A stretch of 56,988 bases of DNA, counting the filler, from Sphacelaria rigidula (Eukaryota), in the NCBI GenBank assembly GCA_964200075.2. It is 4 parts of 4 records of this genome, joined end to end, with 100 filler letters (N's around TTAATTAATTAA, not from the genome) between each part and the next. Parts side by side here need not be neighbours in the genome. Positions count along the whole stretch, not along the records: positions 1 to 14,175 come from CAXNAA020002412.1; positions 14,276 to 28,449 come from CAXNAA020002413.1; 2 more parts are not named here. One strand, given 5' to 3'. The translations under genes were made by a program, and so were the position numbers. Shown here piece by piece: positions 1 through 14,475 of the stretch (its first letter is position 1; each line of letters begins with the position of its first letter). The notes under the pieces were generated by a model, which saw only the letters and a list, made by a program, of their open reading frames with translations, searched no databases and was not told the DNA's origin.

Positions 1-291
1 GTCAGAAGAGACCGGTGGCCACGACGTGGTGCGGGTGCGGTGGAGTGTAGGGGGGGGGGGGGGGGGGTGGGCCGTGGGCCGGTAATCTGCATACGGATCT
101 CATGCACGGTTCCCTGCGGTATCTCATGTCACCAAATGACAACACGACGGCACACTTCAAAGCCCGAAGCGGGGAAGGGACAATATGTTCGACGATGGGA
201 CAAGGCACCTTGCCGTGCTCGAAGTCTTCGGTTGAAGGGTTTCATTCGGTGCAAAGCAGTACACGTTGATCAGTACTGTACACGAACTCAC

Positions 292-3200
292 CGTGAAAAG
301 CTGCGCAGTGAAGTCGCCGAGCCCATACGCAACGCAGGATGTCAATGCCTTCGTAACTATGGGATTCTCCGACACCGTCGCCTCGTAACGGTAGAAATTG
401 TCGCCGGGTACCCTGCACAAATATACGTGCACAGCAAGTCAGCGATAACCGCTGAAACCACAGATCAGGAGAACTCAACAGGCAACGCCTAAAGTTGACA
501 ATTGGTGACGAGTCAAGACAAAAAATACTGTAATAGAAAGGTAGCTTGCTTTGTTTTTGCACGGCTTGGGCGCTCAGTCCATCCCTGCTGGTGAGGGTTA
601 TCAGGGCTTCCAGTCATTCAAAAAATAATGCCGATCCAACAGATTGACCACCCTGGCGCTTAGATTGGTCACCTGTCGCTTATCGAAGGGTCAAGTTTTC
701 CGAGGTTCTATATCTACTTCCGAAGTATTGAAGGGGTCACATGATTTCAAGGCTTCTCGTGGATGGCATATGGTACAGTGACCGACGTTTGGACCGCGAA
801 CGAGGCCAACTCTCCCAACAGTCTTGCATCACATCAGAGACTTCGGAAAATTTGGGTACGGGGTAATCCAGGGAGGCCACCCTGAAGCGACTGCTGCAAA
901 AAACCCGAGAGGATGCTTAGTTTCGATCCAAGACGAACATACTCGACCTGAGCTCGACTTTCACTTGTTTTGCCGCTCATGCTAGCACCTCCGACCGGCC
1001 ACAAGTACACCTTATTTTGCTTAATTATCCCTGTGGATTGTCTCATCCTCTGTTACACGATTGTCGTGTCCAATTTTGCGCACTTATAATAGTGTGAATC
1101 CAATCGCCTTGAAAGTACTCCGCAGGTGAAAGTTTTTCCAGAACAACTCGGAAGCTGGGAACCTGCAGTACTAGTAGCTGCCGGCGACCAAGTGTGGATA
1201 CATGATCGCAACAAGAAACGTCAAGGAGGACATTGCCGCAAACAAGCGCGACTGGGAGGCAGAGTAGCCATGAGGTTCGCAACACAGTACGGTCAGACAC
1301 ATCGAGGCGAAGCGAACGTCAAAAGCACGCACAGTTCTGCTAAGCGGGAATGAAGAGGATCAGGACGTGGGCGATGTGTGTAAAATGTTGATGAGGGTGT
1401 GTTCATGCCCCGCACCGCGTCGTGTCCTCCGTAGCCGGGGCACACGACGTTAGCCGCACGCGGTCCACACGGGCGAGACTACGGCGTTCAGGCATCCGAA
1501 CGTGAGGTGACGTTGGGAGTGCTGTGCCTTCATTCCTTCACAATATCAATCGAGATGTGAAGAATTTTTCGCACTATAGGTGCCTTTTTTCACCGTTAGA
1601 TATTTCGTTTTTTACCTTCCTCTGTTGACTGTTTCGCTCATTGGTTTTGATGGCGTGCTCCTCGCACGGGTTCGAGAGATCGAGCTAATGCGACGGAGAT
1701 GATAATAGTAATCACCAAACGATTACAGACATGTATATAAACCTCAAAGATCATCTTAATTACCCATGCTTATGCGCATGCGCTTTTCCTCCCGCGGGGA
1801 CGCGTTCATTGAATGGACGGTGTGTGCCCGCCAGGGAGCGGACAACACCGCGTCACGCTGCACACCTCGCAGCACGAACGCGGCACGCCATTTGTCCCCA
1901 TGGTCTTCATGATAAGGCAGTGGACGGCCGAGTTGGGCACAGAGGAAGGGGTGCAGGCGACGTGAAACGTCCTGCTGTCGTCCTCGGTGTACATACAAAG
2001 TCTCCGTCTCGTCGGGCTGTAGGGTAGTTCCGCAATTCAACCACACCACGAACGTTCAGCACACGCAGGACTGCAACAGATATTGTACGCCCTGTGCTTC
2101 TCGCATCCCATGGCGAATCTGAGGTACCATTGGTCCAGGCAAGCTTTCTACACCACCTTCTTTATCGAAGCGTTTGACTATTCGATTAGGAGGTGTCAGC
2201 GGGATCTTCCTGCGGCTATGAAAATCTGAAGCAGCTTTGTTGCCATCGAGAGTCTCGGGCCAGTCACAGTACTCGAACAGGAAACCGATTTCTTCCCCAG
2301 ATCTACTGTTGTCGAGACACGTCTTCACACTCTCCCATTCACTCGTAATTTTTTCAAGGCACTAGGATCCCGGATACCAATAAAGGTATTAAGTTACCAA
2401 ACGAGCCAGTCCTACCAACAATTTCTCCATGATTGTAAAGCGTCGGTCGGGTACTTCGGTACGGCTCTTGGCCTGGTGAATTCGAGTGCATCGGACAAAT
2501 CCCGAATAAAGAGGAAGAAGGTGTGATTTGAGGCCAGTGCCCATGTACGAAATAGCTCACGCCTGTTCGTAAGATTGTCACGACAAAGCTAAAATCTCTC
2601 ACGAGCCACCCCCCACCCCCCACCCCGACATACACACCTTCCTCCTACTTTAGGGGGTGATAAATATAATATATATATCTATATATATTCAAAGGTCTTC
2701 TCTAGCCAAACATGGATTCCAGCCAGTCCAGGCAGCGCCCCGGCATCGTAATTGAGAAGAGCCAAAATTCGGAGTTCTCACAGTAGTGTCCAAGCCAAAG
2801 AGGAACTTTCCATTTCTCTAGCAGCGCCCAAGCACTCTCCTTGTAGGTGATGCGCCCCACCATGACATGGTGGAAAATGACATATTCAAGGGTAGCACTT
2901 CTCCTTTCGACCGCTGCCCCTGCTTCTAATCGATCCGAGAGTGTGGCACTTGAAAAGAGTCGACACGTGCCCACCTTAACGCCTTCATGTCATGTTCACA
3001 GTTGTCAGCATCGGAAGTTTTCAGAATCCGTAGTTGTTGTAGTTCTCGAGTGTTTCTCGGATATGATTCTTCATTACTCCTTGAAAGTACTAGCGCCGGT
3101 AGATTTAGGGGGAAACGTAGGCCGCGCTTAAACTGCAGTGCCCGAATTGGTTTTTTGGGGGTGATACGGACTAGATACCCCGTTTATCAGGAGGGTGTTC

Positions 3201-5377
3201 TTGACCGTTTCTTGTCCGATGAAAACAGTTTTCCGGCTCTTCCGCAACGAAACAGTCAGTATTCAGATGAATGAAAACGTATACAATTCTTCACAATAAC
3301 GACCGAGATCGTGTTTCCCTCCTATACTGCACAGACCTCAGTCAAGCGTTTTCTGCGGATGGCCTCTTTTCGCGGGGTTTTCGCGAAACATTTTCCATGA
3401 GCACTCGAAAGAGCAGGCGTCGATACTCTCGTCAAAATAAGCAGACCGTGCTCAAATTACGGTGCCCAACTTGGTGTTGGGGGGGGCGATACGGAGTCAG
3501 GACCCCGTTTATGAGGAGGGTGTTATTTATCGTAAATGGTCCCAGAAACATAGTTCTCCGGCTTTAGCGCAGTGGGTAGGTAGAACTAAAAAAAAAACAT
3601 TTTCGAGTCTTCACTTATATGACCGGAATCGAGTCGGTCCACTGATAATACCGAAAAGCGAGAACCTGGGGTTGCACTTTCGCCCGATTCCCGAACATCG
3701 GCCAAGCCCGGAAGTCACTCAACACTGACCGCAGATGTGTACCCTTTCAATATTTGTCGAGAGGATAAAAATATCTTTAGATGCCTATTTTTTGGCATCC
3801 ACCTGTCAATGTGATGAGCGGTGGCAAGCGAAACAAATTTGGAAAATCTTCGAGAAACTAAGAAATTACGAATTTAGCATAATTCTGACGCTATCTCCTG
3901 CACTTGTTTAACGAACGACATGGGGTTCGGGTTCTGGTATAACTCATTGTGGGCGGATTTGAGTTTAAACGGACAAGCTAGCGAAGGGCGCGACTCCGCC
4001 AACCTCTGACGGTTCATGTTGGAACGGACGAAGATCATGAATATGTTGCATGTTGTTCAAAGACGGACATTCCGACTTGTAAATCAGTGAGCGCCCACAG
4101 TTTTGGACCGCATGTCTGCTTTTTGTAGAACTACATACTAAAGATTTTTCGAACCATGAACACGGTCAACGACAAGCTCACCTCAGTAGTATCTCATACC
4201 ACGTCCAGCCGCGAGATACGTCAAGGTCCACGGTGGCCAGCTTATACGCCGCGAAGGCAGCAAAAAGAAAAACTACTACAGCGTTCAAAGCTAGGGACAG
4301 CTTGTCTGGGTCGTTGTTGATCACCGTCAGCTTGTCCTGCACCTCCTCCGGCAGCCATCCTTCCGCCTTTTCATAGTTGAACCAGGAGAAGGCAACAAAA
4401 TCGACACAAATCGACACAAAAAAACAACAGGTCATTCACTTCTAGTAGCGCACACAGTACTTTATGGGCTTTATTCCTGGAAGGTGACATGGCCGCGTGA
4501 TTAACGTGGCGGGAGGTTTCCTCATCGAGAGGATTGAATCACCTTACTGCGAAGGTTGACTTGAAAGATCAACAGGTGGTAAAGAGTGGACTGACTACAA
4601 CGTCCGTTACGGAAGGTGATGACAACAACAGCTCAATTTCGCTGAACAGTTCATAATCCACAAACAGTATGATCGAGGTCAAAGCATGACTGCCTCGCCA
4701 GACAGGTAGGTCACCAGCCTCCGCAACGAGGGATATAAGTGCTACACACATTTCATCTGACTCTTCGGTCACGGTATGTCCATCATGACCAACACTGTCG
4801 CAATTTCCATCACATAGAGTCGGCAGTAATTTCCGCCCTCCACTTACAGACAGTACAGACAGTTACAGTACCGTAAAACGCTGTCATGTCAAAGAAAAGA
4901 CACGTCATCCAAGCTTCAACTCGGTTACCCAGAAGCACCGAGTGAAGAAATGACAAGTATAGAAATATATCTTCCGACATGAAGAAGCTCGATCTCGCTT
5001 ACCGTATTCGCCTTGTCCTCTGGCACCATATAAACCCTACTCCTCACATCCCTCTCAGCAGCCTCATCAACTCTAAGCAATCCTTCTCCAGCAGCTCTCT
5101 GACTTGCCCACCCACGCCTAGGGTTCGAAGAGGTTGACGTACGTCGCTCTCTAACTCTGCAGGGTCGCCCGCGGCCCGTGCTGAGGGCCGACGACGCGCG
5201 GTAGGGTATAGAGGAATGCTTGATGGCAGAGTTGCCTCGGGGGAAGAGACTTGTCGATTGGAATGCGGCCGAGGGGTACGGGGTCGACAGTAGTGCTAGG
5301 GTGGCCGCTGCTGCTGAGAGAGTGGCCAATCTTGTTAACTTTGGTCGCGACGTATTGTTAATGGCGGTGACGGTCAT
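292..5377 (-). CDS. Mpv17/PMP22-family membrane protein, 5' part (3 exons; continues off the left edge), probably plastid-targeted
   Basis: Exons 5377-5048 (ATG, 110 codons, donor GTGAGG), 4366-4182 (AEGWLPEEVQDK...RGWTWYEILL) and 412-292 (R-VPGDNFYRYEATVSENPIVTKALTSCVAYGLGDFTAQLFT). All have GT-AG boundaries and consistent phases (0, 2, 0). The motif 'P-I-V-TKALTS...LGDFTAQ' is the first helix of the Mpv17/PMP22 family. The N-terminus has a hydrophobic signal followed by SAA-FQS and a Ser/Arg-rich transit-like stretch. Confidence 0.85.
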
Positions 5378-7924
5378 CCTTCACGCGCCCCCTTCGGGTG
5401 CAGTCAGTCAGCTGGGCGCTTGATGCAAAGCAGTAGTACGGGCTCACGATAGTATGTCTATCACGACACCAGTGGTTGCCGCTGCTCTTCTTACAGCTGA
5501 AGGTTGTGCTGGGTGCCCGTTAGATGTAGGTCAGGCGTGTTTACATTCGAGAACACACACCGTACGGTTGGCCGATGTGGTTCTAGGTGACGGGGAGGAT
5601 ACACGTCAGAGTCCGTATGCCAGATGCCCAAATTTAAATTTTACCGGTTGGCGTGTTTGATCTGTAGGGGAACATATATTTGGTCGGACCCGCGGTCGGG
5701 GTCTCAAGACTGATAGATACAATGCGGCGATACCAGTGTGTAACAGCTCGTGTGTAGAGTTCCCTTCCGATTCCTTTAAATACGGCGCTCAGGACTTGCA
5801 CCATTCGCGTCAGAAGACCACCAGTGTTAGTCGCAGTGGCGTTGCTTCTTCGATCGAATTTTGCAGTCCTGAATACAGCAATCAATTTCCATGAGTTGGT
5901 TGTTACCGAGTCCAACATGCTTAAAAGTGCACATACATGCATACGTGCGTGGTCAGTATAAAAACAAGCTCATTTAATTAAAGTTCCAATCTCCGGTATA
6001 TATTGACGGGGCTATCAACAATTTTCTAAGGCCCGTTACAGGCTGGTTCGGAGTGAACGACCGGAAATTAGATCTTGAAAAATTCGATATTTCAATTTTT
6101 TTAATTATACTTTTTTTTGGCATACTCGTACCCGTATGCAAAATTTACGGGATGTAAACCCCAAAAAACGGCGTGGGCAATCGGCCGTTTGTGCGTTGCA
6201 GTATACAGATGTACCCGGAACCCCCGTCAATCACTTGATTATATTCTGCTACCGACGTTTTCCTTGTGCGCTTGAGCCTAAATCGATCGCTTGACATCAG
6301 CTTCTCGAGTTACGCAACGAAACTTTGTTCAAACTTCCCTGGGATTACCTCGAAAACGTCAGATTTGAAAAATTCATATTTGAAGCAATCTGTACCAGCT
6401 TCCGGCGGTCTTCACGCTGGCACGCCCGGAAGCCGTTGGAGAGCGGACAAATTTTGAAATATTATACAGTGTTTTTTTTTTCCTTTTCGTAGCACCCATA
6501 TCCAACGAAACTGCCAAGTTTTAGGATGATGGAGCTTTTCTACGAAATTTACAAGGGAACACGTCAAGAGGCCTTCTGGGTCTTCGATGCATATTTTCAG
6601 TGAAACTCCGACGACGCCTAAACCCCTCATCACCGAAATACCACTCTTGGGGTATAACCTGATCCTGTAAAAACTGTTCTTACATGTGTTTTTTTAAGTC
6701 AGTTTCACTAACTGATGTTTCATTCGTGATAAGATTGGGTATAAATTGAGTCGCAAACCTGCATTTTTCATTTCAGAAAAATTAGAGGGCCGCTGATTGG
6801 CCTAGGAACATTTTGACTATTTTACGAGTGAAAGTGCCGCGGCTACGCGAGAAAAAAAAATGGCCATGTCACACTGTTCACTAGCCCGTGGCAGTCACTG
6901 TGATACAACATATGTCTATATCGGGTCAGTTTTGCGTCCTGCATCAAGTGGGGAAAAAGTTTTGGGCATTCACCCTGACTCAGCCTGTATTCGGCCCGTC
7001 ACCATGTCACCGTGCTGCAGATCTACCACCATGCTGCTATAATAGGTACATGCTACAAGTACTGAAATGGAAATTCCGAAATTCCAAGCAAACATCACCC
7101 ATTTGCCGCCGTACCTGCCTGAATTACCGTAGAACTACTCATAGCGCTTTCGACTTGTCCGAAGACGAAAGCTGCCAAGTCAGCACAGGGGGGAGGTTGG
7201 TTATCATTGGTGGGTTTATACGACAGACGTTGGGCCTAGGTGGAACACGGATCGTAACTCAATCACCATATAATAAACGTCGGCGGTGTCGGTGAAGAGC
7301 GTTTCAACCTCTAGTTTTCTCCGCAAGCAACACCCTGCACCTCGGCCGTATATTTATCTTTGCAACGACACACTTGAGGCCACATGACCACCCAAGCTGA
7401 TTCGGAAACATCGACGTCGCATACAACCATCACTTGATGATGCACTCCGGGGGTACACAACGGTGCCACGAAATCACGTATCGTTTCATCAACAGCACGA
7501 AGCGTCACACTGCAGGGCGAGAAGAAACTGAAGGGCGCACTGCTCCAGTGCAAGGCAAACCAAGAACACGGTCCGTTCCGACCGATACAAGCCACGTTAC
7601 AATTTCTCACCAAGTGGGAAGCCACGTCACACATCCCGTCTACGTCATGCCCGTCTATTTGACATCTGCGTCCTAGCGAAGAAAAAAAAAAAAAGGAGCC
7701 CATGGCGGAACCCGTCGGCACACAAAACAAAACACGGCACAAAGAACCCCTACGAAGCAATCAAAATTGATCAGAATACGCGCACGTATCGTACGATATC
7801 GCAAAATCGGAACGAATGAAAAAACCACAAAAACACAAGACAACACTACAAGCTGCACTGCATACTGTAATGTGTCCTTCAACGTCGACTACAGCGTGCG
7901 AGAGGTTCTGCATTTGCTAGCATC

Positions 7925-10900
7925 TCAGGTAAGCCAGAGCTCATGAACATCGTCCTGACCGAAGGGCTTCGCGCACGCCGGGCACTTGCGGTTACGCGTC
8001 TGCACAATCGCAACGGAGCAACAAAACCAAGTGCCAATGAGAAAACGGATTCAGAGCAGGCACGGCACTTGCTTTGGCCGTGTATATACACAAGAATCAG
8101 AGCCTCACAAAACAGATAGCACGCACATAGGGCCTATACGCAGCCAGGCAAGCGTTGTACCTTCCGGGGACCAAGTAACAACACGAGAATATGCGTCTTC
8201 GGTTAGTTCACTGGACCAAAGTCACCTTCAGCCTTGTTCGCGCAAGATGTCACGCATCGAACAAGTGTCGAGTCGTGACGAGTCCGAATCATGAGACGAG
8301 TTCGGAAAATAGGGGATGACCTGATCCGAGTCATAATGACTCGAGACTCAGACTCGTTCGACGTGTACACCATTTGGGAGCGACAAAATCATATGCCGAC
8401 ACGCATCAAAACGTCGGCCATACTCTGCAAGGAAGGTGACGGCGAATAAAACACAATCCATGACCCCCAAGAGATGGGTATTGCACTATCCCAAACTCAG
8501 CTCGTCACTTTACAAGCAGGGCCGAATTACGATCTTCCACCAATTTGCTTCTCAACAGCCGCACTGTACAAGAACAATCGGATCACCGTTCGACCTGTAA
8601 AAACTCCACGCCACCTTCCATTTTACGCTATTCCCCAAGATAAAGACGTGTTGCGTGACCACCCTGTCATGTGACACGTAAGCGTACCTTCAGGTTTTGC
8701 GTAACGCATTCGTCGCAGAACATGTGATAGCACTTGGTGATCACCCTGTTTTTCTTCCTGTCCTGGCAAACAGAGCACTTGATCATCTTCGAACGGACAC
8801 CAAGCCCAATCACGAGAATAGCGCAACGACACACACATGAAAGCACACACACCGATACACACACCGACAGGTATTGTGGTGAGCAAGCACACTTGAACCA
8901 TTCGTAACTCGCCATCACTCACGTCTCATGAAGCATTCAGCCAAATAAGGATGAGTCTGACTTGAGGCATGCAAGTATTCAGAAAAATGAGGACGAGTCC
9001 GACTCGAGGCATGCCAGTCATTCAGCATAATGATGACTCGGGTCGTAGGAATCATTCGGACAACTGGTGACTCGTATTAACCGAGTCATGACAGACACTC
9101 GGAAACCAGTCCAAAGGTAGTCCCAACAAGTCATACGATTCCGACTCGGACTCGTTCAACATGAGGTGGCGGGCCAAGCATGCCGCACCTGTTAACACTG
9201 ACAAGACGAAAACAACAAGGTACAGGACCCAAACACGTGGATGATTGTGTGGTAAATTGAATTATTTGCGCGATGCGCCATTATGGTCGAGCGTTCAAGA
9301 TTGGCACCCAGCAAACACTGAGGATCCGTTTAAAATCGGCCGAAGAACTAAAACATGGGACATGTCCTGTTTCACCGTACTGCAGCACGAACACACTCAC
9401 GTCCGCTCTCATATGTGCTGTAGCACATCACTGTTGTGTGGTGTGTTTAGATCTTGCGAAGGCGGTTTGATCTCCGCTGAGATTGCTTGAGGTGCTGTAT
9501 GGTTGTGCTCGTCTCGCTCTGTAAAATATATAATCAATCGGGACGCATTACGGTATACGCACTAGTATAAACTGTTGAAAAAATCGTGTCACCCGGACCC
9601 ATCACTTGCGCGACATTGAACATGGCTGGGTACAGACACCGACCAGCGCTGGTATACACCGCTCGACCAGCTGGGCCAGACCCCGTGCTCCGATGAAAGG
9701 AGCAACGCACAGCACAGTGTGGATATACTGCACCGCCAGGGTACTGCTTGCACCCGTCAGCATGGCGGCTGCTGCCGCTGGCATCGGCGCTCGCGGTCAC
9801 GGAAAGCACAACCAGCCGCAGTAAGATGGGGGTATATATACCGATACACATGAGCATCGTTATGACCCACTGTGGCGGCAACGTACCACTCGCTGTCTGC
9901 TCGTCTGCTTGCAGCTTCATTTCGCTGCTGCTGCTCTATTCGTCCCGGCGTACACTACAGGTGTGACTCGAGTCTGCGAGCCAATCACAAGCATCTTTCA
10001 CTACATAATCTGCAAAGGCAATCAAGGTCAACTTCGCCGTGGGTTTTGCGTTCTACTTTCCCTGTCCCATAAGGTACGAACGAACTGGGGGCGCAGATCG
10101 TATTTCCCGAACGGAGGCGCCTTCTGTGCAGTAGTTGGGATCATTCGAAATACAAAAGAGAATAGATGCCCATACAACACCATTTCGGGTTAAGCTTGGC
10201 CCAATTTTGACCGATTTTAGCCACTTCCGTGCGGGACACGAGGGATAACGTGGCGAGGTGGTCTTGAACGAGGCATAGCTAGCCTCTGTACATGAATCAG
10301 CTGAAACGAAGATGGTTTGGATTGTTTGCCTTCTTTCACCTTGCTCGTGCCCCCGGATTATGGGCGAAATACTGTCATTGTTGGGCCGACTGATTTTATT
10401 TTACCGTTCAGCTGCATGGTGGGAAGAATAAAGGTTATGAATAAATGAGTGTGCTGCAAGTTTTTCAACAAGTCAAAGGATGCAATAAAAATATCGAGAA
10501 CATAATCGGACACGGTTCAGGGCCCGTACCAACGATTCGGTCCTAACTTATAGGACATGAGAAGTACGTCTTTTTCTCACATCGTACGATTCCCCCGTGT
10601 CAAGAGCTTCTGAACTTCTAGGTCCGGCCGTACTTTAAATCTTCGCCAACCCGCCGCTAATATTTCCTTGTGTGCCGGTCGAGTCTCACTGTTACTGAAT
10701 TGTTCCCTCCGATCTCTCTTCATGCTGAACGTCCTACGCGGTTGCTGCACGACTGTTTCTCAACCACCCTGATCTCGAATGAAGATGAATCTGAATCACG
10801 TGTCGTTGAGCCTTCAGCGGTGCTTACAGCGAGGTTCACCCACCAGCTGGGGTCAAGGGTGCATTTGCCTGGCTCTCAAAGGCGTAATCACCGATATTTC

Positions 10901-12525
10901 CGGCGATACGTCGACATATCGCGGTAACATCAGATGGTCTGTGGATCTACTTACAGAATCGGGAAATCCTACGGATACACAACCCTACAAATCACGCATT
11001 CACTTAATAAATGACTGCCAAGGAAACATCATTGTCCGTCTACGAGCACCGAGGGGGTCGAAAGGTACGTCACATATTAAACTCCTCAACTCGACAAATG
11101 TACCTTTCGGAGTTCCAATAGCTCCTCCTGTCGTATCTCCTCGTCGATGGCATCTTTATCGTTGGCGCCCTCCGTCACGGCAATCAGACGTGCGTTGTGC
11201 GACCGGACTTTCTCGATCTTTCTCGTTAGAGTGGCCGCTTGTTCCTTGGCGCGATCAAGCTGTTCCTCCATCGAAGCATACTTCGTTTGCAGACTGGTGC
11301 AGTGTTCTTTTAGTTCACTTTTTTTTCGCCGCCGTCGTGTCATTTGTCAGTTCGCACGTCATATAGGTCACACGTGGGTTGCACAGAGATGCGGTGCGCA
11401 GCGATAAGAAATCTGTTGGAAACTGCATTTCCAAAAATAAACATTACATAAAACGGGCTACGGCAATGATGGTCGACTCGGAGCAATATCTCGCTTCTTT
11501 TTACACTACGCCCTTATAGGCCTTCAATTCGCAGTGCTCATGTGTTTATCCACAATTAGCATGGTAGATTCGGAACAATATCCAATCGGTAAGAATCCAA
11601 GATGTGGGCCCGTGTTGCGGCCATGGGGTCGTGTCACGTTGCCGCATCACGGGTATTTTCCGACTCAACCTTCGGCGTGCTCGGGGAAAAAATGTCATTC
11701 ATTTCTACTGGTTTCAGTCTCCTTCCTTCGAATTATTTCTTTCCTCCCACTGATTTTGCGCAGGACCTTTTCCACCGAAGTCATGTGGCAGAGACCAGCC
11801 ATTTCTAGGGAGGGGAGAGGGTTATCTTTTTTGTATCCAATATATATATGTAGTCATTTCTCAGTCTACTCTGCCTGTTCTACCGTTTCATCTCCTTCAC
11901 ATTTCTTCAGCGAGTGTTTACATGTGGATAATGACCAACGGCTGGATCCCTGCGATCAGCGATTGTGCGACAATCAATCGATCAATCACTCATGTTCAAC
12001 ACACGACGACTACGGCACACTACATACACCTGAGCCATACCCGAGACATGGGCTTATCCGCTCACAGTAGGCCACACCGCAAGAAAGCGAGCACATCACA
12101 CACACACACACACACACACCACGCCGCAATCCGTACGAGCAGCAGCAAGAAACGCTCGTGTATCTCAAGCTCAACGAACGCCAGTGTAGGACGTCTTTTC
12201 ATCGATGCACCACAAAGTGCGTTTCCAGGTTGGCATTCGTGTTCGTGTACGCATGTCATTGACACAAAATACCACGGCTGGGTATGCGACGGATCAGTTG
12301 ATGAGAGAAAATCTACCCATGCAATCATTCCATCATTCCATCATTCCATCATTCCATCAATCAATCAAGTAATCAAAGGTTCGTGTATTCTCACGTGTGA
12401 GCAGTCTCGATCGCCTGTTTTTCCTGTGTCAGGGCATCGACCTCTTGCCTAGCACGATCGGCATGCGCCTTTTCCGTGTGTACTTCTCGCGTCAGCTCCA
12501 CGTTATGTGTCTTCTCCTGATTCAG
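7925..12525 (-). CDS. BRE1: BRE1/RNF20-40-like E3 ubiquitin ligase (histone H2B monoubiquitination), last four exons
   Basis: Exons 12525-12395 (LNQEKTHNVELTREV...IETAH), 11317-11104 (T-ELKEHCTSLQTK...EELLELRK), 8786-8688 (MIKCSVCQDRKKNRVITKCYHMFCDECVTQNLK) and 7999-7925 (TRNRKCPACAKPFGQDDVHELWLT*). GT-AG boundaries and phases (2, 0, 0) match. A coiled coil is followed by a C-terminal C3HC4 RING ending RNRKCPxC..FG..DV, typical of BRE1/HUB. Upstream exons were not found in this contig. Confidence 0.88.
10056..10564. mobile_element. Diverged MITE of the same TIR family in a BRE1 intron
   Basis: Left end ta|ctttccctgtcccataaggtacgaacgaac; right end gattcggtcctaacttataggacatgagaag|ta. Confidence 0.65.
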
Positions 12526-13185
12526 CTGTTTTCAATTGTTGCGCAATCACGACCGCCAAAACACACGAGTCAAGTGCCATTAGCGCCGTTATGATGATTT
12601 CCACACCCTGGACAATAGATTACATTGTCAAAAAATGTACTGCGTACAGTATGGAATCTACTGTCTGTTGCAATAGGCGCAATAGTCGACACTGTACGCA
12701 GTACACTCTTTGACTGTGTTTTCTTTTGTCCAGGGTATGATAATTTCACCGTGATCATGGCCATCGTTCATTTCATGACATCATGATATCATGGCCATCG
12801 TTCATTTCATAATTTCGCATAAACACCACTATCGTCATTATACATGGTTGAAGCGATAAAAGATGGTCGAAGAAGAGTACATGACCAGTGGCCACCAGTA
12901 CATCTGCGCCTGTGTGTGTGTCTTAGGTTCGAAGCTCATAAGAGTAGGGCGGCGCGTGCAGTGCGCCAAGTTGACACAGGGTTCTAGTGGGTCGTACCCC
13001 CCCGCTGCCTTGAGCAAAGCTTGCGAACGCTCGAGGCGCCCACCCCACAGGACTGCCGTGAGGCAGTCAGTCCGAGCCTCCGGATAATTGGCACACGTGC
13101 CCGCTTGCGGGGTAAGTGTTGGGTCAGGTTTTTCCCTTCCTTCAAGTAAAAAATATGTATACATATACATAAACATGTACATATA

Positions 13186-13773
13186 CTTCCTCTGTGACAT
13201 AAGTAAAGTCCGTTATGATTACACAGGCCCTTCACGGCGTGATATTTGACTTTCGATCTTTTCATAGCATTCGTAGGCGTTTTTTGAGCTAAAACCAACA
13301 TTTTTTTTACAACGTGGGCGCTTGATCCACGCAGCCGCGCGGCCGAGAAAAAGTAGGTCGTTCCAAAAACAGTCATTTTTCGCTCGTTTTCCCAGGGAAG
13401 CATGAGAGACCTGTGAACACGAAAAATCGCGAAAAATGGGCCACAAAAATGTGAAAATCGGAAGACCACCGTTGATTTTGGACATGTCCGTGATTTTAAC
13501 CTACGCATGCCCCATCCAACATTTTGTTAGCATGCAATTGCTTGTACTCGATGTGAAAACGTCCAAAATCGGCCAATAATGGGGTATGAATGGATCAAAA
13601 AGGGTCAAAATGGGGTATATTTCGGCATAATTTTAGTGATTGAAAAAAAAAATCTTACCAGCTTTGTCTGCGCTTCACCTCTCTAACGAATCCGACCATA
13701 GGATGATCGTCAACGTTGAAATACCCAAACGATTAAACGTTCATAACGGACTTTACTTATTGCACAGAGGAAG
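13186..13773. mobile_element. MITE with ~33-bp terminal inverted repeats and TA target duplication (Tc1/mariner-type)
   Basis: Left end ta|cttcctctgtgacataagtaaagtccgttatga; right end tcataacggactttacttattgcacagaggaag|ta. Near-perfect inverted match and no credible ORF. Confidence 0.9.
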
Positions 13774-14175
13774 TATATAAATATGCGCCGGTGTCCTAGT
13801 TTCCGCTTACGCCCAGCTCGCAAGCATGACGGTCGCCGAGCTCAAAGCGCACGAAGGCAAGTACAATGACACTTGTACTAGAATAAAACCCACTACACAG
13901 CAAAGGACCTTAAGCCCCCCGGGAGGAAATGCAGATTGCAAAACAAACCAACGCATGCACATAAAAAAGGGGTAAAATTCCCCAGGGTATACACGTTAGG
14001 CCGTTTCTTCCGGTTGGTTATTTCCCCTCGTTTTGTGCAAAAAATTACGAGGAAAAAATTCCATTGGGGAAATACAATGAGACACGCTGACCCTGCCTTA
14101 CGGTTCCAGGCATATTTTTGAGGGGGGGGGGGGGGACAAAAGAGGGGGGGGGTACCAAAAGGACGGTCAGGGAAA

Positions 14176-14275
14176 NNNNNNNNNNNNNNNNNNNNNNNNN
14201 NNNNNNNNNNNNNNNNNNNTTAATTAATTAANNNNNNNNNNNNNNNNNNNNNNNNNNNNNNNNNNNNNNNNNNNN
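14176..14275. other. Artificial contig linker (N44-TTAATTAATTAA-N44)
   Basis: A 12-mer with stop codons in all six frames, centred in exactly 100 nt. Confidence 0.97.
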
Positions 14276-14475
14276 TGATACCTGAAAAGTGATTATTGCC
14301 CAAAACTCACGGGGAAAAAAAAAAAACTCTGGTGCTCCTGTAATATTTTTTTCATGCCCTACTCATTGTCCATACCAAATTTCAGGGTCCAACTCTAAAT
14401 ACTCGCGGGAGCATGGGCTTGCAAACCTCAAATCCGCCTCTAGGCTGGCCCAGCTCGTACTACACCCATAGTACA

